Shown one piece after another: positions 20,267 to 30,476 of a stretch of DNA of 64,000 nucleotides (its first letter is position 1; every line of letters starts with the position of its first letter). The notes beneath the pieces are model-generated. The model did not search any database and had not been told where the DNA came from. It worked only from the letters and a program-made list of their open reading frames with translations. Origin of the DNA: Gammaproteobacteria bacterium (GTDB lineage: Bacteria > Pseudomonadota > Gammaproteobacteria > JAUIAT01); assembly GCA_030425295.1 (NCBI GenBank), contig JAUIAT010000005.1:8784-72783 (forward strand). The letters are read 5' to 3'. The translations under genes and the position numbers were made by a program.

Positions 20267-21111
20267 GACTTCCTCTGATATATTCGGTATTTCTCATCCA
20301 CAACTTCAAAGTCATTTTCCACCTCTGTAAACCGTAATGTTTCTTTAGACCCGAGACAAAGATAGCCTTTGTGACACAAGCTATCTCTAAATAATTTTAG
20401 CACCTGGTTTTGTAAATTTTTATTAAAGTAAATTAATACGTTTCTACATAGGATTACATTCATTTCACCAAATGATCTGTCGACTGCTAAGTTATGATTA
20501 GCAAAAGTGATCCGTCTTTTTAGAAAATCTCTTAATTTAACCGCATTATAGCTACTCGTATAATATTCTGATAAACCAGAGGTACCACCAGCTTTATTAT
20601 AATTTTCAATATATTGCTTTACATTTGACGCATCATAAATACCAGTTTTTGCACACTCTAAAGCAACCTGATTAAAGTCAGTAGCATAAATTGTAGCTCT
20701 GTCCAGAAAACCTTCTTCGTGCAATAAAATAGCCATAGAAAAGACTTCCTCACCAGTTGCACAACCTGCATGCCAGACTTTTATATAAGGATAAGTTTTA
20801 AGTTTTGGAATAATATTTTCTCGAAAAGACTTGTAAAATTCAGGATCACGAAACATCTCTGTAACTGTGATAGACATTTGTCTTAAAAAAACCTCGAATA
20901 GCCCTTCATCGTATAAAAGCCTATCTGCTAACTGCAAATAAGTATCAAACTTATGATCCAGCATAAAACCAGTGACTCTTCTACGAAGAGAGGCATTGGC
21001 ATACTCATGGAAGTCATATCCATAAATTTTCTCAACAATATCTAAAAGACACTGTAGAGCTAAATTATCTTTCTTTTCATCTTCCATCGAAACCTCTATT
21101 TTGAAAGCCAT
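20263..21111 (-). CDS. cheR: CheR-type protein-glutamate O-methyltransferase
   Basis: TEMFRDPEFY, VWHAGCATGEEVFSMA and ILCRNVLIYF motifs. An alternative ATG at 21087 sits behind a GAGG RBS. Confidence 0.85.
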   Translation of the reverse strand: MAFKIEVSMEDEKKDNLALQCLLDIVEKIYGYDFHEYANASLRRRVTGFMLDHKFDTYLQLADRLLYDEGLFEVFLRQMSITVTEMFRDPEFYKSFRENIIPKLKTYPYIKVWHAGCATGEEVFSMAILLHEEGFLDRATIYATDFNQVALECAKTGIYDASNVKQYIENYNKAGGTSGLSEYYTSSYNAVKLRDFLKRRITFANHNLAVDRSFGEMNVILCRNVLIYFNKNLQNQVLKLFRDSLCHKGYLCLGSKETLRFTEVENDFEVVDEKYRIYQRKS

Positions 21112-24100
21112 ACTTTCATCATAGATAGGAGCTGATCTGTATCTATAGGCTTAGTGATATAATCACTAGCTCCTGCCGCTATACACTTTTCCCGATCTCC
21201 TGACATTGCTTTTGCAGTCAAAGCTATAATTGGAAGGGTTTTAAACTTACTATCTTTCCTAATTTCTTTCATAGCTTCATACCCATCCATGACTGGCATC
21301 ATAATATCCATAAGGACTAAGTCTATATTTGCTTCTTCATTAATTTTATCTAAAGCCAATTTTCCATTAGTAGCAATTATTACCTGCATGTCATAGTCTT
21401 CTAGCTCACTTGAAAGTGCATATACATTTCTCATATCATCATCGACAAGCAAAACCTTCTTACCGACTAAAGATTCGTTACCTTTATTGATCATATTAAT
21501 AGTAGAGTGAGAATTACCACCTGATTTTTGATCGACGCTATACAAGAATAAAGTCACTTCATCCAAAAGCCTCTCTGGAGCATCAGATCCCTTTACAACA
21601 ATACTAGAGGTATATTTTTGCAGACGCGCATGCTCATCTTCCGACAACTCCCGCCCTGTGTAAATTACAATATTAGGCATTTGATCAATTGATGAGTCCA
21701 ACTTATCTAACAAGTCAAAACCGGACTCAGTTTTAAGATTTAAATCCAAGATTACACAATCAAAGTCATTATTTGTTATTTGGTTAATTGCAGCTTCAGA
21801 GTTTGAAACTGTGACCACTTCGGCATCTTTATTTTCAAGTAAAGTTTTTATTGCAGATTGACTTGTCAGATCATCTTCAACAACCAAAACAGATTTAATA
21901 TCAGCGCCTTCGGCTTGATGGATCCTATCAAATACTTCTTTCAAAGCATCCTCATCTGCAGGTTTTTTCAAATAACCAATTGCCCCTTTTTTCAATATAT
22001 CTGGACTCTCCTCTCTACCAGAAATGACGTGCACAGGTATATCTTTAGTTTCAGGGTTGTCTTTTAAGGTTGAAAGAACAATCGTTCCATCTACATCTGG
22101 CAGCCCAAGATCTAAGACAATTGCAGAAGGCTTTATTTGCTTAGCCATAGCTATCGCCTCACGACCAGAACTTGAGGTGACACATTGATATTTTTGCTCT
22201 TCCGCAAAGTCTTTAATAATATTGGCAAAGGCAACATCATCTTCAACCACCAAAAGAGTTGGTTTATTAGGATCAAGTTCAGGAATTTGACTTGTAGATA
22301 TATTTACATCCTGAATTTCTGGTTTAACCTCTATAGTTTCTGAAGAGTCTGTAACGGTTACTTTATCAGTAGAGATGACTTTATCTGTAGCCAAAGCCCC
22401 TCTTTCACCTATGGGCAAATATATACTAAATCTACTTCCCTGCCCTTCAATGCTTTCAAGCTCAATCGAACCACCTAATAAATCAGTCATTGCACGCGAT
22501 ATAGCTAATCCTAAGCCAGTACCACCGTATTTACGTGTAGTTGAACCTTCAGCCTGCTGAAAAGCCTCAAATATTTCTTGCTGTTTATCTTTAGGGATAC
22601 CAATTCCTGTATCAATCACCGAAAATACCACTGAATCATCATTAGAATAAACATGCCCAGATAAACTTACATTTGTCGATGGGAGCCCAATTCTAAGAAG
22701 AACAGAACCTTTCTCAGTAAATTTAAATGCATTTGACAAGAAATTACGCAATATCTGTGTTAAACGTAATTTATCTGAAAATATACTGACGGGCACTCCA
22801 TTATCAATTTCAATTTTAAACTGCAAATCAGATTCTTCAGCAACGTGATCCATTTGCTGCCTAATATCATCACAAAGAGATTGAATATTAAATTCTGTCA
22901 TCTCAATTTGCATTTTGCCCGCTTCAACTTTAGACAAATCTAAAATATCATTAATCAAATTTAAAAGATCTTTACCCCCGCCATAAATAACCCTAGCAGA
23001 CTCTACCTGCTTGTTATTCAAATTTCCTTCCTTATTATCCGCCAGTTTCTTGGAAAGAATTAGCAAACTATTAAGTGGAGTCCTCAATTCATGGGAAACA
23101 TTAGCTAGAAATTCGGATTTATACTTGCTGGACAAAGCTAAATCTTTCGCTCGCTGCTCTAGCTCTTCTCTAGTAGCCTGAATTTCTTTATTTTGCTTTT
23201 CAAGACGCTGTGTTTTTTCAGCCATTTCTTCATTAATTACTCGCAATTCTTCACTTTGTGTACGTAGCTCTTCTTCTGAAGCTTGAAGAGAATTGGCTTT
23301 TTCTTCTAATTCTTCATTACTAGCCTTCAACTCTTCTTGTTGAGTTTGCAACTCTTCTTGTTGCTCTTTAAGCTTTTCAGTCATTCCTTGAGACTCTTCT
23401 AGTAATTTTTGAGTCTTTTCATGAGCCAACACATTACTAATAATTACACCTAATCCCCTAGAGACTTCATTTATAACCTCACAATCACCATCAGAAAATG
23501 GTGTAAAAGTTGCAAGCTCCACAACACCAATAATTAAATTTTCATGGAAAATAGGAGAAACTATAACCTGTTTTGGTGTTTCACTGCCCAGACCAGATGT
23601 AATATGAATATATTCTTCTGGAACATCTGTTATTGAAATAATCTTACGCTCTAAAGCACACTGCCCGACCAAACCTTCGCCTAATTTAAAGCTATTAGAG
23701 ATACTTTTTCTTTTGCTATAGGCAAAACTGGCAAACAATTTTAATATTTGATCTGAAGACTCTTTATCAAAATCTTCAATCATATAAAACGCTCCAAATC
23801 CTGCTTTTAATGTATTAGAAAGCTCATTAATTACTGTTTGCATTAAAGCAGATAAATCATGCTGACCTTGAGATAAGCCAATAATTCTAGCCGTATTAGT
23901 CTTTATCCAAATCCGTTGTTCATTATTTTCTTCCAGTTTTTGTAAATCGCCTTTCATTTTTGCAAGAGCCAAACCTAGAAGATCTTTCTCACTTCGAGGA
24001 ATAATCTCAACACTAAAGTCTCCTTCACCAATTTTTTTAGCAGAACTGGCAAGCTCCTTCGTATTATCAATAAGGCTTTTAAAAACACTTGAAAGCTGAC

Positions 24101-25136
24101 CTATCTCGTCAGAGCTATTAACACTTACATCAACATCAACATCACCTTTGCTAAAATCTTCAGCTGCTAACTTTAACTTGGAAATAGGCTTAGCAAGATT
24201 TTTTGATATATACCAAGACAGAAAGCTGCCCACTCCAAAAGCTGCAACCAAAATCAAAATCATGGCAAATGTCATCCAAGTGATTTTTGATTTAGAGAGT
24301 TCCAAATGAGCATTAGCAATACTTTGCAGCTTATCGCCCAAGATAGCATCCATTCTCAAACTATAATTTTCAAGACTAACCATTAGTTGCGCTTTTTCAC
24401 TCTCTAAAGCTAATATTTTTTCAACGGCAAGTTTAATTTCGGATTTGTGCTTTTTAAGCTCCTCAAGCCAAGTAGATTCTTGTCTATTTAGATTTAACAA
24501 TGATAACTTCGCAAACCAAGAATCAACGTCAAGCAAAGAATCTTTTACTTTATCTTTTGTTTCGCTACTTTGATTTAACATATACCCGCGGGTAGCTGAG
24601 AATAGCTCATGTAAGTTTAGTTCAATTTCTAAGACTGCTTCTTTTTTGGCGTCATATTGTCGATCAGATTTATTTAAATTAACCTGCCATTGATCGTCCA
24701 AAACATCAACAGTACTTTGCTTTATATAACGAGATAGTTGACTGGTTTCTGAGATCTGCTCATTTTCAAGCTTAAATACCTGATTTGCGATATCTAGAAA
24801 TGGTTTAAGATTTTCATCTAAAGATTTTAAATAAGATTTTTCATGGTCAGATAGTGGCGTAGATTGATAAATGTTTAAAAAGTCTTTAAAGTCCTGAATA
24901 TTAGACTTAAAGTCATTTTGTTTTTCTGGGTTTTTACTTTCAAGATAATCCAACAGATCCTTAATTGCTTCTTTCTCATTAATTTCCATTTCTAAAGCTG
25001 AATTGATTTTCAAAGTATCTTGCTTAATAGCATTATTAAAAATACTCCAACTCCATGACATGGAAAGAAAAGAAATAATACCAATAAGAAGTAGCGGAGA
25101 AAGGATAGAAACAAGCATCTTCTGGCGTATTTTCAT
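21096..25136 (-). CDS. hybrid sensor histidine kinase (2 TM, HAMP, GAF, coiled coil, HisKA-HATPase, three REC domains)
   Basis: H-box SHELRTPLNSL, G-box GGTGLGLAISR, and REC aspartates in VLDLGLPDVDG, ILDLNLKTESG and LMDIMMPVMDG. A GAGGGA RBS favours the ATG at 25136; the track start is the ATG at 25193. Confidence 0.9.
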   Translation of the reverse strand: MKIRQKMLVSILSPLLLIGIISFLSMSWSWSIFNNAIKQDTLKINSALEMEINEKEAIKDLLDYLESKNPEKQNDFKSNIQDFKDFLNIYQSTPLSDHEKSYLKSLDENLKPFLDIANQVFKLENEQISETSQLSRYIKQSTVDVLDDQWQVNLNKSDRQYDAKKEAVLEIELNLHELFSATRGYMLNQSSETKDKVKDSLLDVDSWFAKLSLLNLNRQESTWLEELKKHKSEIKLAVEKILALESEKAQLMVSLENYSLRMDAILGDKLQSIANAHLELSKSKITWMTFAMILILVAAFGVGSFLSWYISKNLAKPISKLKLAAEDFSKGDVDVDVSVNSSDEIGQLSSVFKSLIDNTKELASSAKKIGEGDFSVEIIPRSEKDLLGLALAKMKGDLQKLEENNEQRIWIKTNTARIIGLSQGQHDLSALMQTVINELSNTLKAGFGAFYMIEDFDKESSDQILKLFASFAYSKRKSISNSFKLGEGLVGQCALERKIISITDVPEEYIHITSGLGSETPKQVIVSPIFHENLIIGVVELATFTPFSDGDCEVINEVSRGLGVIISNVLAHEKTQKLLEESQGMTEKLKEQQEELQTQQEELKASNEELEEKANSLQASEEELRTQSEELRVINEEMAEKTQRLEKQNKEIQATREELEQRAKDLALSSKYKSEFLANVSHELRTPLNSLLILSKKLADNKEGNLNNKQVESARVIYGGGKDLLNLINDILDLSKVEAGKMQIEMTEFNIQSLCDDIRQQMDHVAEESDLQFKIEIDNGVPVSIFSDKLRLTQILRNFLSNAFKFTEKGSVLLRIGLPSTNVSLSGHVYSNDDSVVFSVIDTGIGIPKDKQQEIFEAFQQAEGSTTRKYGGTGLGLAISRAMTDLLGGSIELESIEGQGSRFSIYLPIGERGALATDKVISTDKVTVTDSSETIEVKPEIQDVNISTSQIPELDPNKPTLLVVEDDVAFANIIKDFAEEQKYQCVTSSSGREAIAMAKQIKPSAIVLDLGLPDVDGTIVLSTLKDNPETKDIPVHVISGREESPDILKKGAIGYLKKPADEDALKEVFDRIHQAEGADIKSVLVVEDDLTSQSAIKTLLENKDAEVVTVSNSEAAINQITNNDFDCVILDLNLKTESGFDLLDKLDSSIDQMPNIVIYTGRELSEDEHARLQKYTSSIVVKGSDAPERLLDEVTLFLYSVDQKSGGNSHSTINMINKGNESLVGKKVLLVDDDMRNVYALSSELEDYDMQVIIATNGKLALDKINEEANIDLVLMDIMMPVMDGYEAMKEIRKDSKFKTLPIIALTAKAMSGDREKCIAAGASDYITKPIDTDQLLSMMKVWLSK

Positions 25137-25343
25137 TAAGTAGTCCCTCAAAATTCCATTTCTAAAGTGACCTAAAATCAGCACCCCAAACATACATGGG
25201 TTTTAATTAATTATAGTTTTATTTAATTATAGAATGATGAAACAATAATTACCAAAAATGCTCTCTGGACATTAGCTCAGATTGCTGGTTATGATTAGGG
25301 CCTGCTGACTATTCATTTTTTTCTATTCACGAAAGGAACTCGT

Positions 25344-26477
25344 ATGAATAATGATCTAAAACACGTAATTGTTGCTGGCGCAGGAAGACTTGGCCAGTGT
25401 GTATCTCACCTCTTAGCTAGAACAAAACAGTACCAAGTACACCTCTGTGATTTACATGTTCCTGACGAAGGGTGGCGCAGTGAAAATCTTATCTGCCATC
25501 AAAGTGACATGACAAATTTTGACCAAATAAAGGCGTTAGTCGAAAAACATCCAATCAAAGCAGTTGCATCTTGCCTTCCATATTTCTGTAACCAAGAGCT
25601 GGCTACTAATGTCAAAAAGCTTGGGCTCAGTTACTTTGATTTAACTGAAGATGTCAGTACAACCAACGCAATTAGAAAGCTTGCAAAAGATAGCGATCAA
25701 GCCTTTGTACCTCAGTGCGGACTAGCCCCTGGCTTAATAGGAATTGTTGGAAATTACCTAATGTCTTCATTTACACATATTGAGTCAGCGAAGCTTAGAA
25801 CTGGGGCTCTGCCTCAGTATTCAAATAATACCATGCGCTATGCATTCACATGGTCAATCGACGGTTTAATTAACGAATACGCTCAACCTTGCGTAGGGAT
25901 TGAACGTGGAAAAATATTAAACTTCCCCCCTCTTGATGGTCTAGAAAATCTACAAGTTGATGGAATTGAGTATGAAGCATTCAACACCTCTGGAGGCCTT
26001 GCGACTCTCTATGAACTTTACGAAGGGAAAATTGATACTTTAAACTACAAAAGTATTAGATACCCAGGCCATTGCCAATATATGTCTTTTTTGATGAATG
26101 ATCTAAAAATGCGAGATGATCAAGAAACTCTTAAGTCTATCCTACAAAACGCGATTCCCTTCACTCAACAAGATGTTGTTGTGCTTTATGTTTCTGTGAA
26201 GGGCAATAGAAATGGTAGATTAGACCAAGAAACTGTAGTGCTCAAATTCTATCCACAAGAAATTGATGGCCATACTTACACTGCTCTACAGCTAACCACT
26301 GCTTACAGCTTAACCACAGCAATAGATATGGTTTTAAACAACCCCGAAAAATACAAAGGATTTGTGCATCAGCATGATATTTCTTGGGAAGATTATCTAG
26401 CAAATCAATTTGGCGGACAACTTAAAAATTTATTGGAGAAAGACGAATGGATATTCAAAAAATCCTTACAGGACTAA
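25344..26477 (+). CDS. saccharopine dehydrogenase family oxidoreductase (possible lysine 6-dehydrogenase)
   Basis: N-terminal Rossmann motif [11 protein letters not shown]. Size fits the Sacchrp_dh family. Overlaps the downstream ALDH7 gene by 31 nt. Confidence 0.7.
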   Translation: MNNDLKHVIVAGAGRLGQCVSHLLARTKQYQVHLCDLHVPDEGWRSENLICHQSDMTNFDQIKALVEKHPIKAVASCLPYFCNQELATNVKKLGLSYFDLTEDVSTTNAIRKLAKDSDQAFVPQCGLAPGLIGIVGNYLMSSFTHIESAKLRTGALPQYSNNTMRYAFTWSIDGLINEYAQPCVGIERGKILNFPPLDGLENLQVDGIEYEAFNTSGGLATLYELYEGKIDTLNYKSIRYPGHCQYMSFLMNDLKMRDDQETLKSILQNAIPFTQQDVVVLYVSVKGNRNGRLDQETVVLKFYPQEIDGHTYTALQLTTAYSLTTAIDMVLNNPEKYKGFVHQHDISWEDYLANQFGGQLKNLLEKDEWIFKKSLQD

Positions 26478-27970
26478 AGTTAGATAAAATTGAAACTGGT
26501 GCAAGCACAGGATCCAATTGGTGGTCAGATAAAAAAGGAAGCAAACTAAAGTCTTTCAACCCTACAACTGAAGAGTGTATAAGTGAAATTTACCAAGCAG
26601 ATGAAAAAGATTACGAACAGATAGTTAAAAAAAGTTCTGAAACTTTCAAGACTTGGCGCATGGTGCCAGCCCCAGTTCGTGGCGATTTAATTCGTCATAT
26701 GGGCGATGCTTTAAGAATGAAGAAAGATTTGCTTGGTAGCTTAGTTGCATTAGAAGCTAGTAAATCTAAGCAAGAAGGTGACGGCGAAGTACAAGAAATG
26801 ATAGATATGGCTGACTTTGCAGTCGGGCAATCTCGCATGCTGTATGGCAAAGTTATGCAGTCAGAGCGTTTAGAGCACAGAATGATAGAGCAATGGCACC
26901 CTCTTGGTGTTGTCGGTGTGATTAGCGCATATAATTTCCCCGTTGCTGTATGGGCATGGAATGCATTTATTGCAGCAATTTGTGGGAACACTGTAATTTG
27001 GCGACCATCCTCAAAAACTCCTTTATGTGCTTTAGCAGTTCAGCAAATTTGTAATGAAGTTATGGAGAAAAATGGCTACGATGGCATTTTTTCTACTTTT
27101 GTTTCCGAAGACCTTGGGTTATCAAATAAATTAGTTGCAGATACTCGCATACCACTAATCTCATTTACTGGATCAACTAACGTCGGACGTCGTGTTGCCC
27201 AGACCATTGCTGGTCGCATGGGAAAAGCTATTCTTGAGTGTAGCGGTAATAATGCTATGATAATTGATGAAACTGCAGACCTTGAAAAAGCTATTCCAAC
27301 TATTGTTTTTGGCGCAGTAGGCACGGCTGGCCAAAGGTGTACGAGTACGCGCCGCGCAATTATTCATGAATCTATTTTCGATAAAGTCGTGAACTCATTG
27401 GTTAATGCTTATGGCAAAATTCGCATCGGTGATCCACTCGATCAAAATAACCATATGGGGCCGCTGATCGATGGCAAATCAGTAGATCTATATGAAAAAG
27501 CTATTGTAAAAGCAAAAAACGAGGGTGGCGAAGTTTTATTTGGTGGCAAGGCAATTGCGGGCAAAGGGCACTTTGTTCAACCAACTATTATTCGCGCTGA
27601 AAATCACTGGGAAATTGTGCAAGAAGAAACTTTTGCACCAATTTTATATGTAATGCCTTATAAAGACCTAGATGAAGCTATTGCTATGCAAAATGGAGTT
27701 GCTCAAGGATTATCTTCAGCGATATTAACTAGTGATCTTCGTCGCGCAGAAAGGTTTTTATCTGCCAAGGGAAGTGACTGTGGTATTGCTAATGTAAATA
27801 TTGGCACTTCAGGTGCCGAGATCGGCGGTGCTTTTGGCGGAGAAAAAGATACAGGAGGTGGTCGAGAAGCTGGATCAGATTCTTGGAAGGCCTACATGCG
27901 GCGCCAAACTGTCACCATTAATTGGAGTGATGAGCTACCCTTGGCCCAAGGTATTAAATTCGAAATTTAA
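26447..27970 (+). CDS. ALDH7-type aldehyde dehydrogenase (alpha-aminoadipic semialdehyde / piperideine-6-carboxylate dehydrogenase)
   Basis: The C-terminal block [64 protein letters not shown] is near-identical in pattern to my recollection of animal ALDH7A1. Catalytic GTAGQRCT is present. Confidence 0.9.
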   Translation: MDIQKILTGLKLDKIETGASTGSNWWSDKKGSKLKSFNPTTEECISEIYQADEKDYEQIVKKSSETFKTWRMVPAPVRGDLIRHMGDALRMKKDLLGSLVALEASKSKQEGDGEVQEMIDMADFAVGQSRMLYGKVMQSERLEHRMIEQWHPLGVVGVISAYNFPVAVWAWNAFIAAICGNTVIWRPSSKTPLCALAVQQICNEVMEKNGYDGIFSTFVSEDLGLSNKLVADTRIPLISFTGSTNVGRRVAQTIAGRMGKAILECSGNNAMIIDETADLEKAIPTIVFGAVGTAGQRCTSTRRAIIHESIFDKVVNSLVNAYGKIRIGDPLDQNNHMGPLIDGKSVDLYEKAIVKAKNEGGEVLFGGKAIAGKGHFVQPTIIRAENHWEIVQEETFAPILYVMPYKDLDEAIAMQNGVAQGLSSAILTSDLRRAERFLSAKGSDCGIANVNIGTSGAEIGGAFGGEKDTGGGREAGSDSWKAYMRRQTVTINWSDELPLAQGIKFEI

Positions 27971-28013
27971 AAACAAGAAATACTTGAAACAATAGATATA
28001 GAGTTATGACTCT

Positions 28014-29135
28014 TCAAGGGCTAGGGTTACTATTGTCAACTTGTGGATCATCAGACCTTCCTGCCTTTATTGTTGATACTACCTCTGCTGCCAGGCTTGC
28101 AAGGCCTTTAAACATTTCCCCTATTTCTTTGGCAAATGCCTGTATCTCAGATAGGGACTCAACTGCATGTTCTTGCGCAGCTCCAGCTTGGTCACCCAGT
28201 GATCTAATACCTGATTCAAAACCTTCGAACACTTTAACCAAAGAGTCAGAGGCTTCACTAATTTTATTATCTAAATCAGCTATATCTTTTTTAAGAGAAG
28301 CATGGCCCTGACTTAACTCACCCCGAATATCTTCTAAAAATGCCACAACCACAAATAAAATATTATTCGATGCAACATTGTTATATCTTTCTTTAAAGCT
28401 TTGTGCTTTATCAGAGAAATCCTTGAACCTACTTCTTATTTGTGCACACTTCCTATTTATAAGTTTTTGCCTAATTTCCTCTCCAAACTCGGCTTTAATG
28501 CCATCCTTAATATAGGCCTTCACAAGACCGTTTAATTCAGACGGATCCAGGTCTTTTTTAATATCTTCACGAGCCGCATCTATATAAACTTTCCTGACTC
28601 CTAACCCAGAATGTCCAGGCTGGCTGTTTATTTCATCAGTAGCAAGGTCAGTTAACACTTCATTTTTAAGATCAGCTAATTCTGCTTTAGTAAGACTTTC
28701 AAATTTGTCTTCAGCTAATTTATCTAACTCATCACTCTCAAGCTTACTTAATTCTTCAGAAAATATTAGAGAGTCCTCTTTCAAGAGTTCATTCTTAATC
28801 TTTTTAAGAGTTTCTTTACCAGCATCGATGAGACCTTCTTGGCCTAGTTGAACAACTTCACCTGGATTTGCTTTCCTAGCAACGTCAATGGCCCCTTTTT
28901 CAAATTCACTACTAGAATAACCAGAGGCCCCGTCATATTTGACAGACAAATCATTAGCGAACTTAGCAAAATCCTTATACGCTTTTATAAAATTTTCTAA
29001 TTCATCTTTAATTTTTGGGTACACTTTTTCATCGTACGTCAACTCCCAAGCCAATTTATAATTGGAAGATGATTTTTCTAAATATACCCTTTTCTTACCC
29101 AGGCTCTCTATATATAAATCTCTATATGTACCCAT
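28014..29135 (-). CDS. hypothetical all-helical protein (orphan; no signal peptide or TM)
   Basis: 373-aa ORF rich in K, E and D with coiled-coil character. No motif I recognise. Confidence 0.5.
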   Translation of the reverse strand: MGTYRDLYIESLGKKRVYLEKSSSNYKLAWELTYDEKVYPKIKDELENFIKAYKDFAKFANDLSVKYDGASGYSSSEFEKGAIDVARKANPGEVVQLGQEGLIDAGKETLKKIKNELLKEDSLIFSEELSKLESDELDKLAEDKFESLTKAELADLKNEVLTDLATDEINSQPGHSGLGVRKVYIDAAREDIKKDLDPSELNGLVKAYIKDGIKAEFGEEIRQKLINRKCAQIRSRFKDFSDKAQSFKERYNNVASNNILFVVVAFLEDIRGELSQGHASLKKDIADLDNKISEASDSLVKVFEGFESGIRSLGDQAGAAQEHAVESLSEIQAFAKEIGEMFKGLASLAAEVVSTIKAGRSDDPQVDNSNPSP

Positions 29136-29221
29136 TTACGCAGCCTCAAACATTTAACTTGGTATAATTATAGACAACTTTTTAACCTATTACAGGCTAA
29201 ATTTATATTTCAAAACGCCAG

Positions 29222-30379
29222 TTAACAAAAAGCTTTGTGCCCCGTTAGATACTGTCCTACTATCAAATGATGAATATTATCAGTCCCCTCATAGGTATAA
29301 ACTGACTCTAAATTCAACATATGACGAATCACGTGATACTCAAGGCTAATGCCATTCGCACCTAATAGATCACGGCAACGACGAGAAATATCTAATGCAT
29401 TTTTACATGCATTCATTTTGGCCATTGAAATCATAACAGGCGGACACTCACCTTTTTCTTTTAATCTGCCCATTTGTAGATTAAAGGCTTGGGTTTTATT
29501 AATCTCAGTAAACATATCTGCCAATTCTTTTTGAATTAATTGGAAAGATGCAGCAGACTTGCCGAACAATTCACGATCTTTTAAATAAGCCAATGTCCTA
29601 TCAAAGCAATCAGTAGCAGCACCAACAGCACCCCAGGCAATACCATACCTTGCTTCGTTCAAACAACTCAAAGCTGCAGATATGCCCTTCTCTGTACCAG
29701 GCAAGAAATGAGAATCTGGAACAAAAACTTTATTTAGCTTTACCTCACCAACCTTGGCAATTCTTAAAGACATACGCTGAGGGATATCTTTCGCTTCGAA
29801 CCCTTCGAAGTTTTTCTCTACTATAAACCCCCTAATTCCATGATCAGTTTGCGCCCAAATAATACCAATATCTGCAATGGGAGAGATACCAATCCATTTT
29901 TTATTACCATTCAGCTCCCAGCCACCAGAAACCTTCTTAGCTGTTGTTTGTAAATTTGAAGGATCAGAGCCACCACTTTCTTCAGTCAAACCAAAGAAAG
30001 ACAAACACTCCCCCTTAGTCATTTTTGGTAAAAATTTCTGCTTAATTTCTTCAGTGCCATACTTGAAAATTGGGAACATACAGAGAGAATTTTGGATTGA
30101 AACAAAACTACGAATAGCACTATCGGCTTTTTCTAGCTCCTGACAAGCAAGCCCATAGGCAACGTCTTTCATTGCCCTTCCACCATACTCTTTAGGCAAT
30201 TTAATACCCAGAATACCAGCTGAAGATAGACGAGGAATAATTTCTTTAGGGAAAACACTTTGTTCGAAAGCGTCGGGCATACTAGGTATAACATCGGCAT
30301 AAACCCACTTATTAATTGAGTCTCGCAATTTGAGTTCATCTTTAGATAGTTGATCATCGAGCTTTAAAAAATCTTCCAT
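29222..30379 (-). CDS. gcdH: acyl-CoA dehydrogenase, glutaryl-CoA dehydrogenase-like
   Basis: GLTEESGGSDPSNL, IRGFIVEK and a C-terminal YEGTDNIH pattern typical of GCDH. An AGGGAAG RBS favours the ATG at 30379 over the track start 30406. Confidence 0.8.
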   Translation of the reverse strand: MEDFLKLDDQLSKDELKLRDSINKWVYADVIPSMPDAFEQSVFPKEIIPRLSSAGILGIKLPKEYGGRAMKDVAYGLACQELEKADSAIRSFVSIQNSLCMFPIFKYGTEEIKQKFLPKMTKGECLSFFGLTEESGGSDPSNLQTTAKKVSGGWELNGNKKWIGISPIADIGIIWAQTDHGIRGFIVEKNFEGFEAKDIPQRMSLRIAKVGEVKLNKVFVPDSHFLPGTEKGISAALSCLNEARYGIAWGAVGAATDCFDRTLAYLKDRELFGKSAASFQLIQKELADMFTEINKTQAFNLQMGRLKEKGECPPVMISMAKMNACKNALDISRRCRDLLGANGISLEYHVIRHMLNLESVYTYEGTDNIHHLIVGQYLTGHKAFC

Positions 30380-30476
30380 AATATACTTCCCTATATTGTT
30401 TTGCATGCCATATAAATAGAATGTTATAGTAATTTTCAGTCTATAGACAATTGATTTTTAAATGGAGTTAATTTCA

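Noticed and set aside
16116-21111. Reading CheR/CheB as evidence for a conventional chemotaxis/flagellar system.
   Set aside because: No MCP, CheA, CheW, CheY or flagellar genes are present in the window, and CheB lacks its REC domain. The context is c-di-GMP signalling, not motility control.
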